Positions 11,026 through 25,842 of a stretch of 64,000 nt of DNA are shown here, in pieces; positions within the stretch are counted from its first letter, which is position 1; each line of letters begins with the position of its first letter. This DNA comes from Tubulanus polymorphus (lineage: Eukaryota > Animalia > Nemertea). The translations under genes and the position numbers were made by a program. Location of the stretch: assembly GCF_964204645.1 (NCBI RefSeq), contig NC_134035.1, positions 806,001-870,000 of the forward strand, written 5' to 3'. Under the pieces are notes generated by a model. That model was not told where the DNA came from, did no database searches, and saw only the letters and a program-made list of their open reading frames with translations.

Positions 11026-14000
11026 GCAAATGCACTGGCCATGGTAGAACCATTTAGCCGCGATCACGCGGAGATGATTTGGCCCGGGTCAAACTGTCCA
11101 GAACAGTTCCGAATCAAATTTTGCCCGTGCCCAATAAGAGTAAATCACTCGTTTATACCAAGATGCCATCGAAACGATGCTGTGGTAAGTGAGTTGAATA
11201 ACATTCACATCTAACCCGTGGTGATGGGGTCGGGTCCGACGTTTTTGGTAGGATAAAATTTGACTCGTGTTAAACAGACCCGTCCCCATTATAGGCATCA
11301 GCGAACGCTGAAATTTACGAAGTTAGTTATGAAGTGGCTTTACAATTTCCACTTAATCCAATTTAACATCAACAGATTTGTTATCAAGGATTGATTCGGA
11401 AAAAAAGTCACTCCATTCTTTAGAATTCTTGGAGAAGCTTTCCTCGCGTTCTAAACAGAGATCGACTAAGTAAAACATGATTTTCTACGGATCAAAATAC
11501 AGAACCGCTGTTTTCAATCTCTCGGGATTTTATCTATTTTCATCGAACGTTTTACAAATGCCAGCGATAACCTACCCGGGCAGATGCAGATTCGGGCAAC
11601 GTCGGTATCACTTCAAAACGCACTTAAAAATAACCGATTTTTTTCGTTGCTCGCTCACAACTCAACAGTTTTTATTCCTCTCGATCGAGATAGCGGCGGT
11701 GGTTGTGGTGAAGTTGTAGTCTCGAAGCAAAAAACCCTCAAAGCGTATATAGTTGAGTTACGATCTCTGTGAGAAAAACCGCCACTCTAGAAGTTTTCCC
11801 GCTGCGTTCGCGTCGTGTGTTCTTCCTCGGTTTAAAGGAAAAAACAAACTCGTACTTTTTCATGCCCACATGTCGTAAGAGTAAATGATTATAGTATACT
11901 TGAAATACTGTGAATAAAAAGCTTTTGTTTTTTAACGAGGCAAAGAAAACAGTTACATCATAGGAATTCATCGTAGAAAACATGATAGAAACTATGGGGC
12001 CGGGTGGTAGAAAAAAGAGAAAGTCGGAATACACAGCCTTGGTTATACATGTAACTCTAAAACTTTTTTTATTGTATATAATCTGTTTCTGTCTGTCATG
12101 GTTGTGACGTTCTACGGGTTTTAAGTTGAGACGGAATTCTTTGATTTTCTATTGCGATGATCTTTTCTTTAAAAGAAAAGGAAAGCGGAAAGAAAAGATT
12201 GATTCGTCCCGGAAGAGGTTTTGAACGGTCGTGAGTTTAACGCGTAATCCGTTGAATAACGCTAACCAGGTCTTACCCCTATTTATCAACATCTTTACCG
12301 ATGGCCGTTCATTGTTTTTGTAAATGCAGGTGAAGAGAAATACCGACGCGGCAGACGCCTGTTAATTTTCCAGGTTTCGTGGGCCTTTTTCCCCGACTGT
12401 TTTACCGAATGAAGTTGTTGTTCGTTGTTCCCAATGCAAACGTTACTCACGCGTGAAAAGTTTATCGATGCAGAGCGTATAAGAAAAAGTCCAAGTTCCA
12501 TCCTCGAGATTCCACGACGGTATAGCTGTTTACGATACTATACGTATCCGTATTCTAATGCATTTACGAGTTTCGTGTTTTTCATGTCTTCGTGGGTATT
12601 TTTTTCATAGCCTATAAAATGCCGCAGTGTTTGATGTTTTGAATGCATATATCCACATATTCCCACAGGGAACAGACCCCTGCATGTGCAGAACTTGAAT
12701 TGGTATAACTGGAAAACCAGAACCGAAGAATGTCTCTTGAGGAATAACTTCAAGCCCAGTTCTCCAATGAGGAACCAGATATTTCTGTTGATGTGAACAG
12801 TTCTGATATTTCAGGAAAATATCAGAAGAGTCTCATTCATTGTTCATCAAGTTCATGAATTCTAGATGTATATAACAAAAGATCAGTTTAGTCGAGACAG
12901 TTAGCTCCACAGCTGTGGAATTGGGCCCTAAAACACAATGTTTCCCAGCGTTTCCCCGTGTCGTGTCCGCTTACGAGAAACTAGAAACACGATTTCGGAA
13001 AACAATGTTTCCGAGATCAAACATGTTTGATTTCCTGTTTCTGTGTTTCGTGTATACGGTGGAACTGAATCCTGTGAGTCAGATTGAACCCGCGGAATTG
13101 GTTCAAGGATGTAACTTGTGCTCTATAAAAACGTCTTTGTTTCCGATGTAGTATAAAATCAACGCGCCGGGTAGAAAAAGCCAGATTTTTACCAGCATTT
13201 GACGTGGTGTAATTACTAGCTCTGATTGATACTCGTGTTTTGTTTGGTTTAATGGTTCTTTTACGCGGATGAAGTTCGTTCCCGTTTCGTTCAGTTCTAT
13301 TCGTAAATAAATCTGGTTTACACCTGACAAAAATGCGGAACGCAATTTATAAATGTAAACCTGACAAGCACCACTGAGAGAGAGAGAGATATAGTACTTT
13401 CCCGAACAGAGTTCAGCGAACTGTTTGAATAGTAATTAATTCACTCATGAAACCGGATTTTCGGTATCTGTTCACTTTTCTCCGTTAGAAGTGTTGACAT
13501 TGTACGTATTTTGAAATTTGTAAAGCGCTTTTAGACGTTACACTTATAGCTCGTTCAACTAGTGTTTTACAAATGCCGGCTCAAAAAGATGAATTTTCAA
13601 GCGCCCTTCTATGACATTCTATCTACCAATTAAATATTTGAATTTCACCGAGGACCTTCAAAATTCGTTATTTTTCCTCTAGGAAACCTCTGAGAAGTTT
13701 GTGAACGGCTTAAAACCGTCACAATAATGTTTATACATTTATATAACAGTTATGCTTTATATGTAAAGGGTTCTGCGTGAGTCGGTGTGCACTACGTCAT
13801 CTATATTGGTGTTTCATAGTTTATATTGTAATTAGATTTATATTTCATAACTCTTATTCTATATTTGATGAATTTATTAATTTATTTTTGAGAGGGTCTG
13901 CACTGTGTAATCAATATCATCGATACATAGATTGGTTGTCGGTCAATTCAATTCAAGTTCCATCAGAGCGAATAAGCAGAAGTAGCTCGCTCGCTCATTT

Positions 14001-17000
14001 ACGCACCTGAATACACAAATATATATTCTAGCATTTCTCAGACGAGAAATAACTCATCCATCAAACACGTGTCATCTCCGCGCATTTAGAATTCACCAAA
14101 CGAATATCTATCATCGATTTTACGAAAGTGTTTTGCACCATGAATTATGGGGCACTTTGTGTTTCGTATGGCGATGCCCAATATGTTTGAGTATTTTTGA
14201 GAAAAATGAGGGTTCCTCATTTGGTACTCATGCGCCCATTAACCCTTTGAATAACAGGGGAACTATAGGGTATGATATCCCCCACTGGGGATACTGGGCA
14301 GTCACTCTATAGAGTATGGCATACCATAGAGGTACACTAGGGCTAGTTACGTTCATTCCATAAAATACGTAGTCAGTTAAAATTTTTAGAAAGGACGAAA
14401 TGGATCAGAATAGATATTTGACAGAAATCTACGAAATCTAAGAAATCGGCCCTACTCGTGATTGTGCTCACTAGGGCACGATGTAGGGTAGTATACCTGA
14501 CTGTGAAAATGATTTTTCCCAGTTAATAAATTAACGAACAAACAAACACGCGTTTTATCCTGATTTATGCTCCTTTAGCTTGAAGACAAACATGTATTAG
14601 GTGAAAAAACAACAACAGCAGCTCTATCATAAAGTACCTTCTAATAGTGATTACAAGTACATCTATAAGTATATATGAACAGGAAAATGCGACTAGAATA
14701 TAGAGAAATAGAGGGCTTGTTGATAAGAAAACAAAAACAAGCCATTAAGCTTTATCATTTTAAGATATATCGTTCGTAACAAGTAAGGCTGCTACAGGCT
14801 ACAAGCCAAGATTATTTTTACGGATCAGTTTTTTAAATATCGCTCTTCTCTTCTATTGTACTATCATTTTTATATGCGTGTTTATATGAACCCAGAGATC
14901 TATATAGAATAAGAAAGAAAAGGTCTGACATCTCAACACTTACATCTGCAACGAGATTACCATCAAAGTAGGCGCAGAGGAAAACATGTCTTATTAAAAA
15001 ACAATTGTATATATGATATTCGTTTGTTAGACTAAAGGCGTCTTGTTGTTTGGATGCTACTGTATTCGCAGTCGAGTCTCTACTGCGATGCGCCCATATT
15101 ATATAATAGGAGTAATACGTTGTTCGTAAAATACCAGGTATGGGTAAACTTTGAATTTGATATCTTAGTCATAGCTACGAGCATTCTTGCTCGTAGGTCA
15201 TAGTATCGTATCGTAAAGTATACATCGCATTTTGATGTAGGACGAAAGTTTTGTCGAAATATTTTTAAATTTTCGATCTTATCAGGTGTGAATTATGGTG
15301 GCTGATTCGGGCCATCGTGAAAAATGTTCGGTATGCAAGTTAAGGCCATTACACCGAAACATCAAAATGGGAAACTATTGGGTAGAAACAACCAGATATT
15401 TCACAAAATAAGGTTCAATTATCAAAGTATGTGAATGAATGTCATCATTTCTCATATGCTTATTGAAATGATCGGGGACGGTCTAAGAATGTTGCGCTAG
15501 TAATTTTACCGGAACGGTCCCTCCACACAAAAATGTCCGATCTTTTTTTTCCTTTCAAGTTTTCAAGGTCGGCATTTCCACTTTCTCTGAAAATAAACTA
15601 AAAAACTTCGTCCATTAAATTTTATCTGTTTTGAAGTCTATCACGCGGAACGGGATATTTATGGGGTATGCGGTGGTGCGTGCCAGTTCACTTTTTATCG
15701 TTCAAAAGTTCTTCTTTTTCTTTATTCATTTGTGTGATAAATTCCGATAGCATGAAAGGAACGATCAGTCTGATTGATCCCAATCACAGTCATTAATTAC
15801 CATTAGCAAAACAATGTTGGACATTTCTACTCGATAAGACACGTATGCACATTACACGCTCGTCTTCGATCGGAGTTCTTTCTTCTCTTTGAAAAAAAAG
15901 ACGAAACGTTAGTCTCTCATGACTGTGTTTGTGGAAAAAACAAAACCCGCAAGATTATGTATGCACGTTGACCTAGAAAATGTGAATTGACAAAATCAAG
16001 TCAAATTGTCACATTCTTGTTTAGAAATTCGAGCCAGTTCGACCTGGTGTGAGTTAATCTCAGCTCACGTGGGTTAACTGTGGAATTCTGGAAGGTACTG
16101 ATTAAGTTTCTACACGCAGTATCGGGAGGCTCTGTCCACGGCTTCCGGCTTGCTTACGTCAGGATATTTTTCCGTGACTAGTGCATTACATGCCGCTATC
16201 CAGTGAATATAGACAAGAAGGGAGATATCTGCGTGGATGATACGTGTTGCAAAGATTTTTAACCGGGTTTTTAAGCCTGGAAAAAATGTGTTAAACTCGG
16301 TGTAGAAAAGTTCTGGAATTCATAGCCGCTTTAAACCATTCAGTTGCGTGTGGGATAATTTATATACATATATACATATATATATATATACATATACATT
16401 TGCGCGCACATAAAGCGTGGTGGAAAAAACTTCGCGATATAATGCTCCAATTTTATCACACCGAGTCGCTAACTCCAGATAGCGCAGGCACAGTCGGGAT
16501 TATTCGTCTAGTAGGGTTTTTATTGAATCTAAACGCGTTCGAAGCTCGTAATAAAATTCCGCGCTGAATTTCCACGGTCGCTGCTTAGAGGAAGTTTTAC
16601 GGTGGTAAAGTTTTAAGTACGTTTTACAACGCGGTATAGAAGTTGTATTATACTAATTGAAGAAGAGAGTGAAGTTTTTGCAGGCTGTTCCTCTGTTACA
16701 GATTCAGGTGTGTGATGTACGCTCTCTCTCGCGCTCCACTCTAGCTCTTCCTGTTCTCTCTCTCTCCGCTCGTAACGATGCTGTTGAATCGTTTCCGACG
16801 TTTTATCATCGGTTTCCCGTAGCGAATGATTCGGACTCTGAACGATGGTTCTGAACTAACCAACCACCGAGCGAAATATCTGACAAAATATAGGTACGTA
16901 TAGATATATACATATATCTAATCACCTTACATCGACGTTTCAGATCTTGCATTTATTTTGTTTTTGTCTGTGGTTATCACGCGTCTTTAGAGAAAGTTTT

Positions 17001-18491
17001 AGAGTGCATAACATTTCAGTAGAGTTCGTAAACAGATCATGTATATTGCGTAATATGGAAACCACTCCTGACATTGATGCATTAAATAATTGGACAGTCA
17101 TCGAATTTCTAGTGCAAGAATGCGTCAGTATATAATGACATTTATCTTATTGAATAGGAGGCTTTATTTTTATCGTAATTTACATCCTATCATAGGGAAT
17201 ATTAGTGTATCAGTGACGGATACAGGGAGGGAGGGTGAGGGTGAGGGGGATGTCCGTGAGGGTCCGAAGAATACCATCCCCAAAATTTCCCTGGCTGAAT
17301 ATTTTCGAAACATTTTATACCGTATTCGAGCAACGAAATCTTGGCGAAACTTGGAAAAAGGCCCTAGACATCTCAAGTGAACACCCCCTTCTGTAAACCC
17401 TGTATTTTCCTCGAGTTATTTCGAAATAATGAAATGAAAGTTTGATTCGCACACTTACGAGTTTCGTAGTGTGAATCCGGGCCACCTATGACTAAGGGAC
17501 ATCGTGGATTTGACTGGGAAGGAAATATAAATATATCTTATATCTTCTACTCATGTAACTCAACAAAAAATTCATTCCCACAATTCTTGAAGAAACGAGG
17601 AAGACACTGGAATATAACTAATCCGGATAGAACCACGCGCGCTTAAAGCTCCTGTTTCGTGGTCGACCGGTACCGTTCACGAAACTGGTACCAACGACGG
17701 GCATCATAGAAAGTAGACTATGAAATTTGATTAATGAACACTGTCATATGATACTTACAAACGTAATGTGTATGTTGATACATCGTAAAAATGGGTGTTA
17801 AATAGCCTATATATCATACTATTATCATATCTCCTATAATAATATCACTGATAAAAACCGATACGACGAAACGTCCTGAACGTGACTACTGAATAGGGCT
17901 TTGTAAATTTTCCTAAAATACTGATGAAATCGAAAAAGAAAGATTGAGGTATGTGTAGCATATACTCGTCTATAGACATGAAAAAATCATAGCGATTTTT
18001 ATCGAAGTAAAATGATAGTGGGTATGTATATAGTTTTCGTGGTGAATGCAAATCGGAATTTCGGTTATAGATTTTTTAGACTGAGTCACCATCTGCTAAA
18101 CAGACCAATAAATTATCGCCTATAAACCGGATGTATTATTTAATGTAGTTAAAAACGTTTTCAAAAATTTATGAAAATACGAATCTATCCGGAGGCGACG
18201 GCCTCGATTTGGCGTTTAACGACGGATGAAGTGTTTCGTTATTATCAGTGTTTGTGCAGCCGTTTTGGGGAAGATTTCGTGAATTGTAGTAGGATTCTAA
18301 CTACTTTGTGCAGACGATGAAAAAATCTTACGTCGACAAGGCTCGATTCATACATTTCTAAAGAGATATGAGCTCTGCCATTGTTCAGTCTCCGTATCTC
18401 AGTTTGCCTTTGTCAGAAATTCCTTGTATTCGGTCGGGATGGTTTCATTTTAACTTTTCCCAACAAAAATTCTATTACCCTCCAGAATACC

Positions 18492-18604
18492 TGGATGCAA
18501 TCCCACAGTTCTGGATTAGAGTTAACTCTGAGTTGAAATTAGTTCATCTCAATGCGTTAAGAACTCAACAGTCAAATCTTAACTCAGCACTGTGGAACTG
18601 GGTC
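18492..18604. mobile_element. MITE family A copy (opposite orientation)
   Basis: cccacagtt...gagttaactctgagtt...agttcatctcaatg...ctgtggaactgggtc, reverse-complement homologue of 28884-29006. Confidence 0.65.
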
Positions 18605-19846
18605 CCGGAGATACTGCCAAAATCTCGCCCTGGAGGAGCTTTTCCAATGAAAACAGAATCATCATCATAGAATCATTTGCAACACCAAGCGCTAAAAGAT
18701 CGTCATTTACCTATAGGAGAAGTTTGGAAACAAAAAGGAAAATATAAAATCATTCTTCCTTACTATGATGCGGGCTATGGCTTTGCTATTTGAAAAGAAA
18801 ATACACAAAATCCATTTCTTATCTCCAGAAAATATCCAAATGTTCCATGTTTTCGCGCCCCCTTTCGCAGTATATTTTTGAAGTCGCGCCGTTTTCGATA
18901 CGGCGTTGAAAATCGAGAAAAATATGAGACGTCTCTTTCCGGCGCAGACTTCCTCTCTCTCTCTCTCTCGATATGTAGGCCTGTAGGATTTATATTGTAA
19001 ACACTAAAATGTGGTCCGCCATTTTTCAGCCACGAACGCGTCATTTTTATGTCGTGTTCTATCCTAGATGTGTTGTATATATACGTATAGATATATATAT
19101 ATATATATATATATATTTCAGAACATAAAAAACGAACCTAACAAGTTTTCAGCTCGCATATTTCCACACGAATTGTAGTCCACGGACATTACAAACAAGA
19201 TAATTTAACATCAATTCAGTTAATTAGACTAATTATCCGCTTGTTATTAATTGATTTACGGCGTTTACTTCATTAATCGAAAAATACAGAAAAACAACAC
19301 TGAAAAATGCGATGATTATCTATATATACGTATCACAAGTTAACAGATCTTTTTGACCTGTTATAAACGTGAACCTATTGATATTTCTGTGATCTTAAAA
19401 TAGGGAATTGTCTCTGTTACTTTTTTGCTTTATATCCGCCCATGACCTCCAGTGATTCCAAATGTCATTAATCTAATTTTGGTGAATAGGTTTGTTACCT
19501 TACGGGCCCGTAAACAGCCAAGTCATGTGTGGGGAGGGTCGGTTTTCGTGAAAGTGGAACTTTTTGTTAAGCGCCCACGCAATTTCCTGTTAGAACTCAC
19601 GCAGAAACTGTTTGAAAGTTATATGCAAGGAAAGGCAATTCTTCTAGTATATTTGGGGCGAAAAGTTTGCTTCTTTTTTGATTCTGTTCTTTTGATTTAT
19701 CGTTCGATCTATTCGTTAAGTCGTTAAGTATTGATATCTAGTGTACGGCGATGTGGGGTTTTGGTCCCCAAACATTGACATACATCTAACTAACAACTGT
19801 GGAACTGGATCCTGACTAACTTCGAGGGTCGTTCATTGCTTGACGA

Positions 19847-20015
19847 CAAGGGTGGATCCATGCACGGCGAGGGTGCAGGGGGTGAGGTTTTTATCTGTAT
19901 TTCCAAAAAAATGAGTTCATCCGTGGAGTCTTCTTTCGGGTTGCCCTTTCAATTATCATATGATACGCCCTATACTGAGGCGCCCTCCCTGAATCAGACA
20001 TTGGATCCGTCACTG
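19847..20015. mobile_element. hAT-like MITE (CAGtGgCGGATCCA-type termini)
   Basis: caagggtggatcca ... ttggatccgtcactg imperfect TIRs with G-rich/C-rich subterminal tracts; related decayed copy at ~17211-17402. Confidence 0.45.
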
Positions 20016-21945
20016 GGCAAATACAGTAAGCGATTTACTGTAAATCACCAATATGGTGTAATCACGTCGATGAAGCATATGGCTGCAAGACCACTATCTA
20101 AAGGTTACGAGTTCGCTTTCCACATGGTGAAAAAAAACTCATACGATACATCTAGATCTATGTACTATAGCGGCTGTTTCCGGCCACAGTTATTTCTAAC
20201 CCGGATAAAACCACGAGTTGTTGTAACGATATCTTACGAAGACATTAATTCAGTAGGGATCGGTTAAACACACGTATTAGATACACCGGGCGGCAAAGAA
20301 AACAAGTTTTGTACACGCCGAGAAAACACGACGATCCGGCGCGTGGAATTCCGACATTCGGCACATTTTCGGAGCGATACCGTGAATGAAATAGTAAGCC
20401 TTAATATACAAACCTATTAAAAATGCTGCCACTGAGTTCTTAAAATAAACGCCTAACGTTTTCTCGAAATAGTGGCGGTTCTTCTTTGTAAACTGATAGA
20501 TCTACTAAGAATTCTGCTCGAACGCGAACAAGGGTGATTTTTGTAAATTGTACATTGAGATTAGTCGAGGAAAAGGTATAAAAAACCGCTGACAGAAATG
20601 AGCACCGTGAATCTTATCTGAAATCTGAACGACTTATTAATCGAATTATTGCCGATACGATACGAGAAGACCGAAAACTCCTATCAAATTACGTTTCCTT
20701 ATCGTTGCCTTTTAAGTGGTGTTTTAATTTCTTCGGCGCTTGATTTGTTATGATTTGGTGTCCCTTAAAAACCGACCACACCTGCCGGTAACGAAATATC
20801 GATTTCGAAATTGAATACCGAAGTCGGATGATCCTGATAAAAGGTTTTGATCGATGCATTTTTTTGTACGCGTTGAATATCCATACCCTGGTAAACTAGT
20901 GTTGATATGTACTCCTTGTTAGTGTCTGGCTATTTTTGAGAATATTGTTGATATAGAAACGGTTGGCTATTTGTATTTACACTTGAGGTTGGTGTTTTAG
21001 TGCAAACTCGAGAGTAGAGAGCCACTTGCGCGCTCGTGTTTATTCAAGATTTTCTGAATAGTTGATTCACGACGTCAGAAAATTGTACGAATTTCCAGTT
21101 CATTCTCACAATCGTGTTTTACAGAGTTCATACACACTATTTACGTATAGTGCGAAATTAAGATTCCTCTTTCAAGTCTTTTTTGCGATAGATCTCGGAA
21201 TAACAAACCACACGAAAAAACTGTCGAGAAATTTGAATAAAAAGAGTTTAGGGATTAGCTTAAAGGCAAAAACCACTTGAAATGGCCAGGAATTCCTAAA
21301 CTCAAAAAATGCAAACAAGTTTGAAAATATGAACGAAACCGCAACAACATGTTGTTCAATGCCATCTATGGAGCTCGGTCCAGGATTCATAAGATCCTTT
21401 TTTTCGATAATATTGAAATAGGGATTGACCCTGTTATTTATTTGATTGGTAAATTTCGTTTGATTTGTTTTGATGTGGTGTCCCTTACAAACACACCACA
21501 TCTGCCGGGAGCGAAACAGGGCTTTGATTTTGAAATCGGAAATCGAAGTACAGATCAGTGATCGGCGGTCAGATTTACAGAATTTTTGGTTTATATCGAA
21601 GTACATAATTGGAAATATCAGTTCTGGTTCATTCATTACAATCTCGATGAAGGTTGAGCTCTATTATCACATCGAGATCTTCACACCGGTTTCTGGACTA
21701 TTTCAGTTGATAATTTGTAGCTCAATGCGTCAGAACGATGTCGAATAAACTTCATAGATAGATAAATAAATTGAGCAACTCTATTTCATTCATTCATTGG
21801 CCAGTCTTCTTTGACATACGTAGCACACATAGTCTAGACGATCTTCATGTAAGTATTTTCATCCTGACATTTACATTCGATTAACGCCTCTCACGATCTC
21901 CCATTTCTATTGCAGTATTCGCGGCGGAAAGAAGGCAGCACCGAA

Positions 21946-24900
21946 ATGGATTATATCTGGGCGTTACTGTTGAGTACGGTTTTCGGTCTATTTCTCATGG
22001 CAGACGGCTACTCTCGACCGTGTCCGTTCGGCTGCAGTTGCATCGCCAAACAACGAAAGCGCAGCAACGTGCACAAAATCTACATCAAACATTTCTTGCA
22101 CAAGTATTTCGACTACAAACGCAAAGACGTGACGAACTTGGATTATCAAAGCGACTCGCCATCGAGAGGTTCGGTATCAGCCTCCGCTCAGGGCAGGGAA
22201 ATGGTGTGTCTCGGGTTACAGAGGATGCCGTATTACATACCAGAAGGTACGTAACCCTTAAGACGACGACATCACTGTTATTCATGCCGCCTGGATAAGA
22301 TAAACTAGAAATGAGTTGGCTTTTTAGTATCGGGGCCAGATTAGATAATTCCTTTCATATTGAGAATTCTCCTGTGTATTAGGATGCATGTATCGGTCGT
22401 CAATACTCATACTTATATCTTCATAAGATTACCAAATGGCCACTTCATCCCGACGCACACGACGCAGGGAAACACAGAAACATGAGAACTATGTTTCCCT
22501 GTGTCGTGTGCGTTTATGAGAAACATGGTTTCGGGTAACAATTTTTCCGATATCAAACATGTTTGAATCCGTATTTCCGTGTTCCATGTTTTCCAGCGTG
22601 CCATCGATTTCAGCGCAATTGAATATGAAACTTCTTTCCTGTTTTTAGATATATCGAAACTGCAGGTTTACGGCGGTCGCCGGGCGTTAAAGAAACTGAA
22701 AAGAAGAACATTCTCGAGCCGTGCTCCTGGTTTACTGAGATTCGGCTACTCTCAACAGCGAGCGTCGTCTTTGTTCCAGACAGTCTCCGTTCAATCAGAC
22801 GACCCGAACGCCATCTCGTCCTATCAGCTGACCTACCTAGCGAAAGACGCCTTCCGCCAATCCGGTCAGATCAACGTGCTGGCCTTGACCGGTAACCGGA
22901 TCAGAATCATCCACGCCGGCCAATTCGATTCGTTGAGACAACTGAAACGTCTGTCGTTGAAGAAAAACCGCATCAAGTTGGTATCGATGGCGTCTTTTCG
23001 CGGACTGGATAACTTGAAAAAGTTGGACTTATCGTACAACCACCTGGACGAGATGCCCAGAACGTTATTCAACGATGTACCGAACTTGACTCAGTTGCAT
23101 TTACGCGGAAACCGCTTGAAAACGCTTCACCGCGAAATATTCGACAAACTAGAGCGACTGAAAGTGCTCGATTTGTCGCAGAATCGCATCGAGGACCTAC
23201 CAGACGATCTATTCCGACGCGCCGCTAATTTAGAAGAGTTGGTGCTCAGCAAAAACGAAATATCGAGAATACGCGCTTACTGGTTTTATTCGTTGAGAAA
23301 ATTGAAGAAATTGCATCTAGCCGATAACCACATCAGCGTCTTACCGGCCGGTATATTCTCACCGGTACCCGCCCTGATTCACGTAGATCTGAGCGGGAAT
23401 ATGCTGAGTTCGGTTCAACGTCACACGTTCGCCAACGTTCGTAAACTTCAACATTTATATCTAGCGCGGAATCGAATCGATTTCATTTTCCCGAACACTT
23501 TCGTCGACCTGGTCGACTTGCGGTCGTTGTTTTTGAACCTGAATCAGATCAGGAAATTGGAACGACGCGCGTTCGGCGGTCTGAAAAAACTCGAGCGTCT
23601 GAGTCTCGCCGGTAATAAAATCCGCGAAATCTCCAATCACTCGTGGGGTCTGATGAAAGAGTTGAAAATGCTGAATCTGTCGCACAATCGAATACAGCGC
23701 GTACGCACCCACACGTTTAAAGGCCTCGTGAAAATGCGCGACCTTCACCTCGATCATAACGCCATCGAATATCTGGAAAACGAAGCGTTTGTCGTCAGTA
23801 TGATGAGCCATATTTCGATGATCAGTTGGGTGGCCCTGCAGTTCAACAAAATACGAGAATTACCCGCTAAAGTTTTCTATGGTGTTCCGCACATGAAATT
23901 CCTGAATTTGGGCCACAATCAAATCTCGCGCATCGACAAAATCACGTTCAAATATCCCGTAAACTTACGCAGTCTAATCCTGGAAGACAACGACATCGGG
24001 CGAATTTTACCCGGACTATTCGAAAATATGAAATTGATCACGCACATAAATCTAAAATCGAACAATATCAAAAGCATCGTTCCGCGAACTCTGTACGGCA
24101 TGTATTCGACGGAGGAAATCAATTTCAGTCACAACAACATTTCGATGATAATACCCGGTTCGTTCGTTCACATGCCGCGTCTGTCCCGTATCGATTTGTC
24201 GTATAACAACATATCATCTGCGTCGATGGACTTCTTCCGACACAATCATAAACTACGATCGATGAACTTCACGAATAACATTCTGGAACAGCTCGACGCC
24301 GGCGATCAGGCTAGGTATACCCTCGGCTATCTGGGCCTGGCTGATAATAAACTGCAGACGTTAAATTCGAGTATCACGCGACTTTTAGGCGAGCAGAGTT
24401 TATTCGACATTCACAATAACCCGTGGCTGTGCGACTGTCGGCTTTCGTGGATATCCAGCGATATCCGAACCGGGATATTCGGATTCATCGACCAGGATCA
24501 CGTGAGATGTCAGTATCCGCCGCAGTTATCACAAACACGGGTAAGTTCAGGAAATTAGCGAAATGAAACGAACGAAGTTGTGTTGTCAATTCACGCAACC
24601 ACGTTCCTTTCGGTGATCAATAGAAAAAAATCACAGCTAATTTAAAATCTCTTAAAACGGGAATCAGTTGCACTGTTATAAATAAGTAAACATGAATTTT
24701 ATGAATTTCTACTTATTAGGATCGAATTCATGATTACCAATTCAAATGGGTTTATGCATTGTTGTTCGTTAGTTCCCTTAGGCCGGTTTTCTAGACTGGT
24801 ATTAACTTTAACCCAGGGGCTAACTGAATTCATTTTCAATTGAGTAAGCCCCTGGGTTAGAATCAGTCTATAAAAGCGGACCCTCTTTTCTAATAAACGC

Positions 24901-25842
24901 TGTTTTATTTAAGATATCGGAGTTGAAGACTGATGATTTCTCGTGCGCGGTGAAAGCCATCGACGAACAGGAGAAACGTCAATATAGTTTTTCATGTCCG
25001 AAACATGACCGCAGTCACGTACTTAGGTCAGTCGGGATGTCGTCGTGTAAATTCATCGGAGCCATCGATTCCCTTCGTTGTATCACAATCAATATCTTCG
25101 TTATCATTTCGATTTCAGGGTGAGAAGGACCATGGATATACCGGAGTTAGAAGCCTGGCATTCGACCGTTCTCGACAACACAGGCGTGCCGATATGCGGT
25201 GGAGTTCAGATCGAGAAAGACTGGGTGCTCACACACGCCAGCTGCTGGATGAACAAGAGTGTAACCGCATTACAGATAATGCGCGGCCAAATCAAAATCG
25301 TTAGCGGTAACTACGAAGGAAGTCAGCGGAATAGCGGCGGCGGCGGCGGCCCTGCGAGGCTGCGTATGGTATCCGAATTGTTTTTCCATCCGAAATTGTC
25401 GGTGCGACAAGGCGAGGAGTACGCGTCTATCACGGTCGTTAAACTGAGACCGGACGAGGACGAGAGACGACACCGCGAGAAGAGGCGGTACCCGTGCGTG
25501 CGACGGCCTAGTCACGAGGCGGGGCAGAGAATGTACGTGACCGGCCGGGCGAACTTTCTACCCGATAAACACCAGGTAGAAGTGTATACGATGTTTATTA
25601 AAGGCGCCGGTCGACAGGGAGGCACGCTTTGCGACCACGAATCGTTTTTCTGTCTGCGATGGAACGGTAAACGATTCCGTAAGGATGTTTACGATATGAA
25701 CGGCGCTCCGGCGTATAACCGCGACGACCTGTCGCTGTTGGGTATCCGCGCCGGGGATCACGGGGGTAAAGCGCGTCCGTTCGTCGATGTATCTTACTAT
25801 TTACCGTGGATTGAAAGTACAATAACGACTGAGGGATATTAG
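21946..25842 (+). CDS. Secreted leucine-rich-repeat protein with C-terminal catalytically dead trypsin-like (S1A) domain, ~1009 aa
   Basis: Coding exons 21946-22246, 22649-24540, 24914-25026, 25119-25842 (3030 nt, phases 1/0/2 consistent). Signal peptide MDYIWALLLSTVFGLFLMADG, LRRNT CPFGCSC..C, ~21-22 LxLxxN repeats, LRRCT NPWLCDC...C.YP...FSC, RVRR, then ICGGVQIEKDWVLTHASC ... FVDVSYYLPWIESTI. No transmembrane segment visible. Confidence 0.9.
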
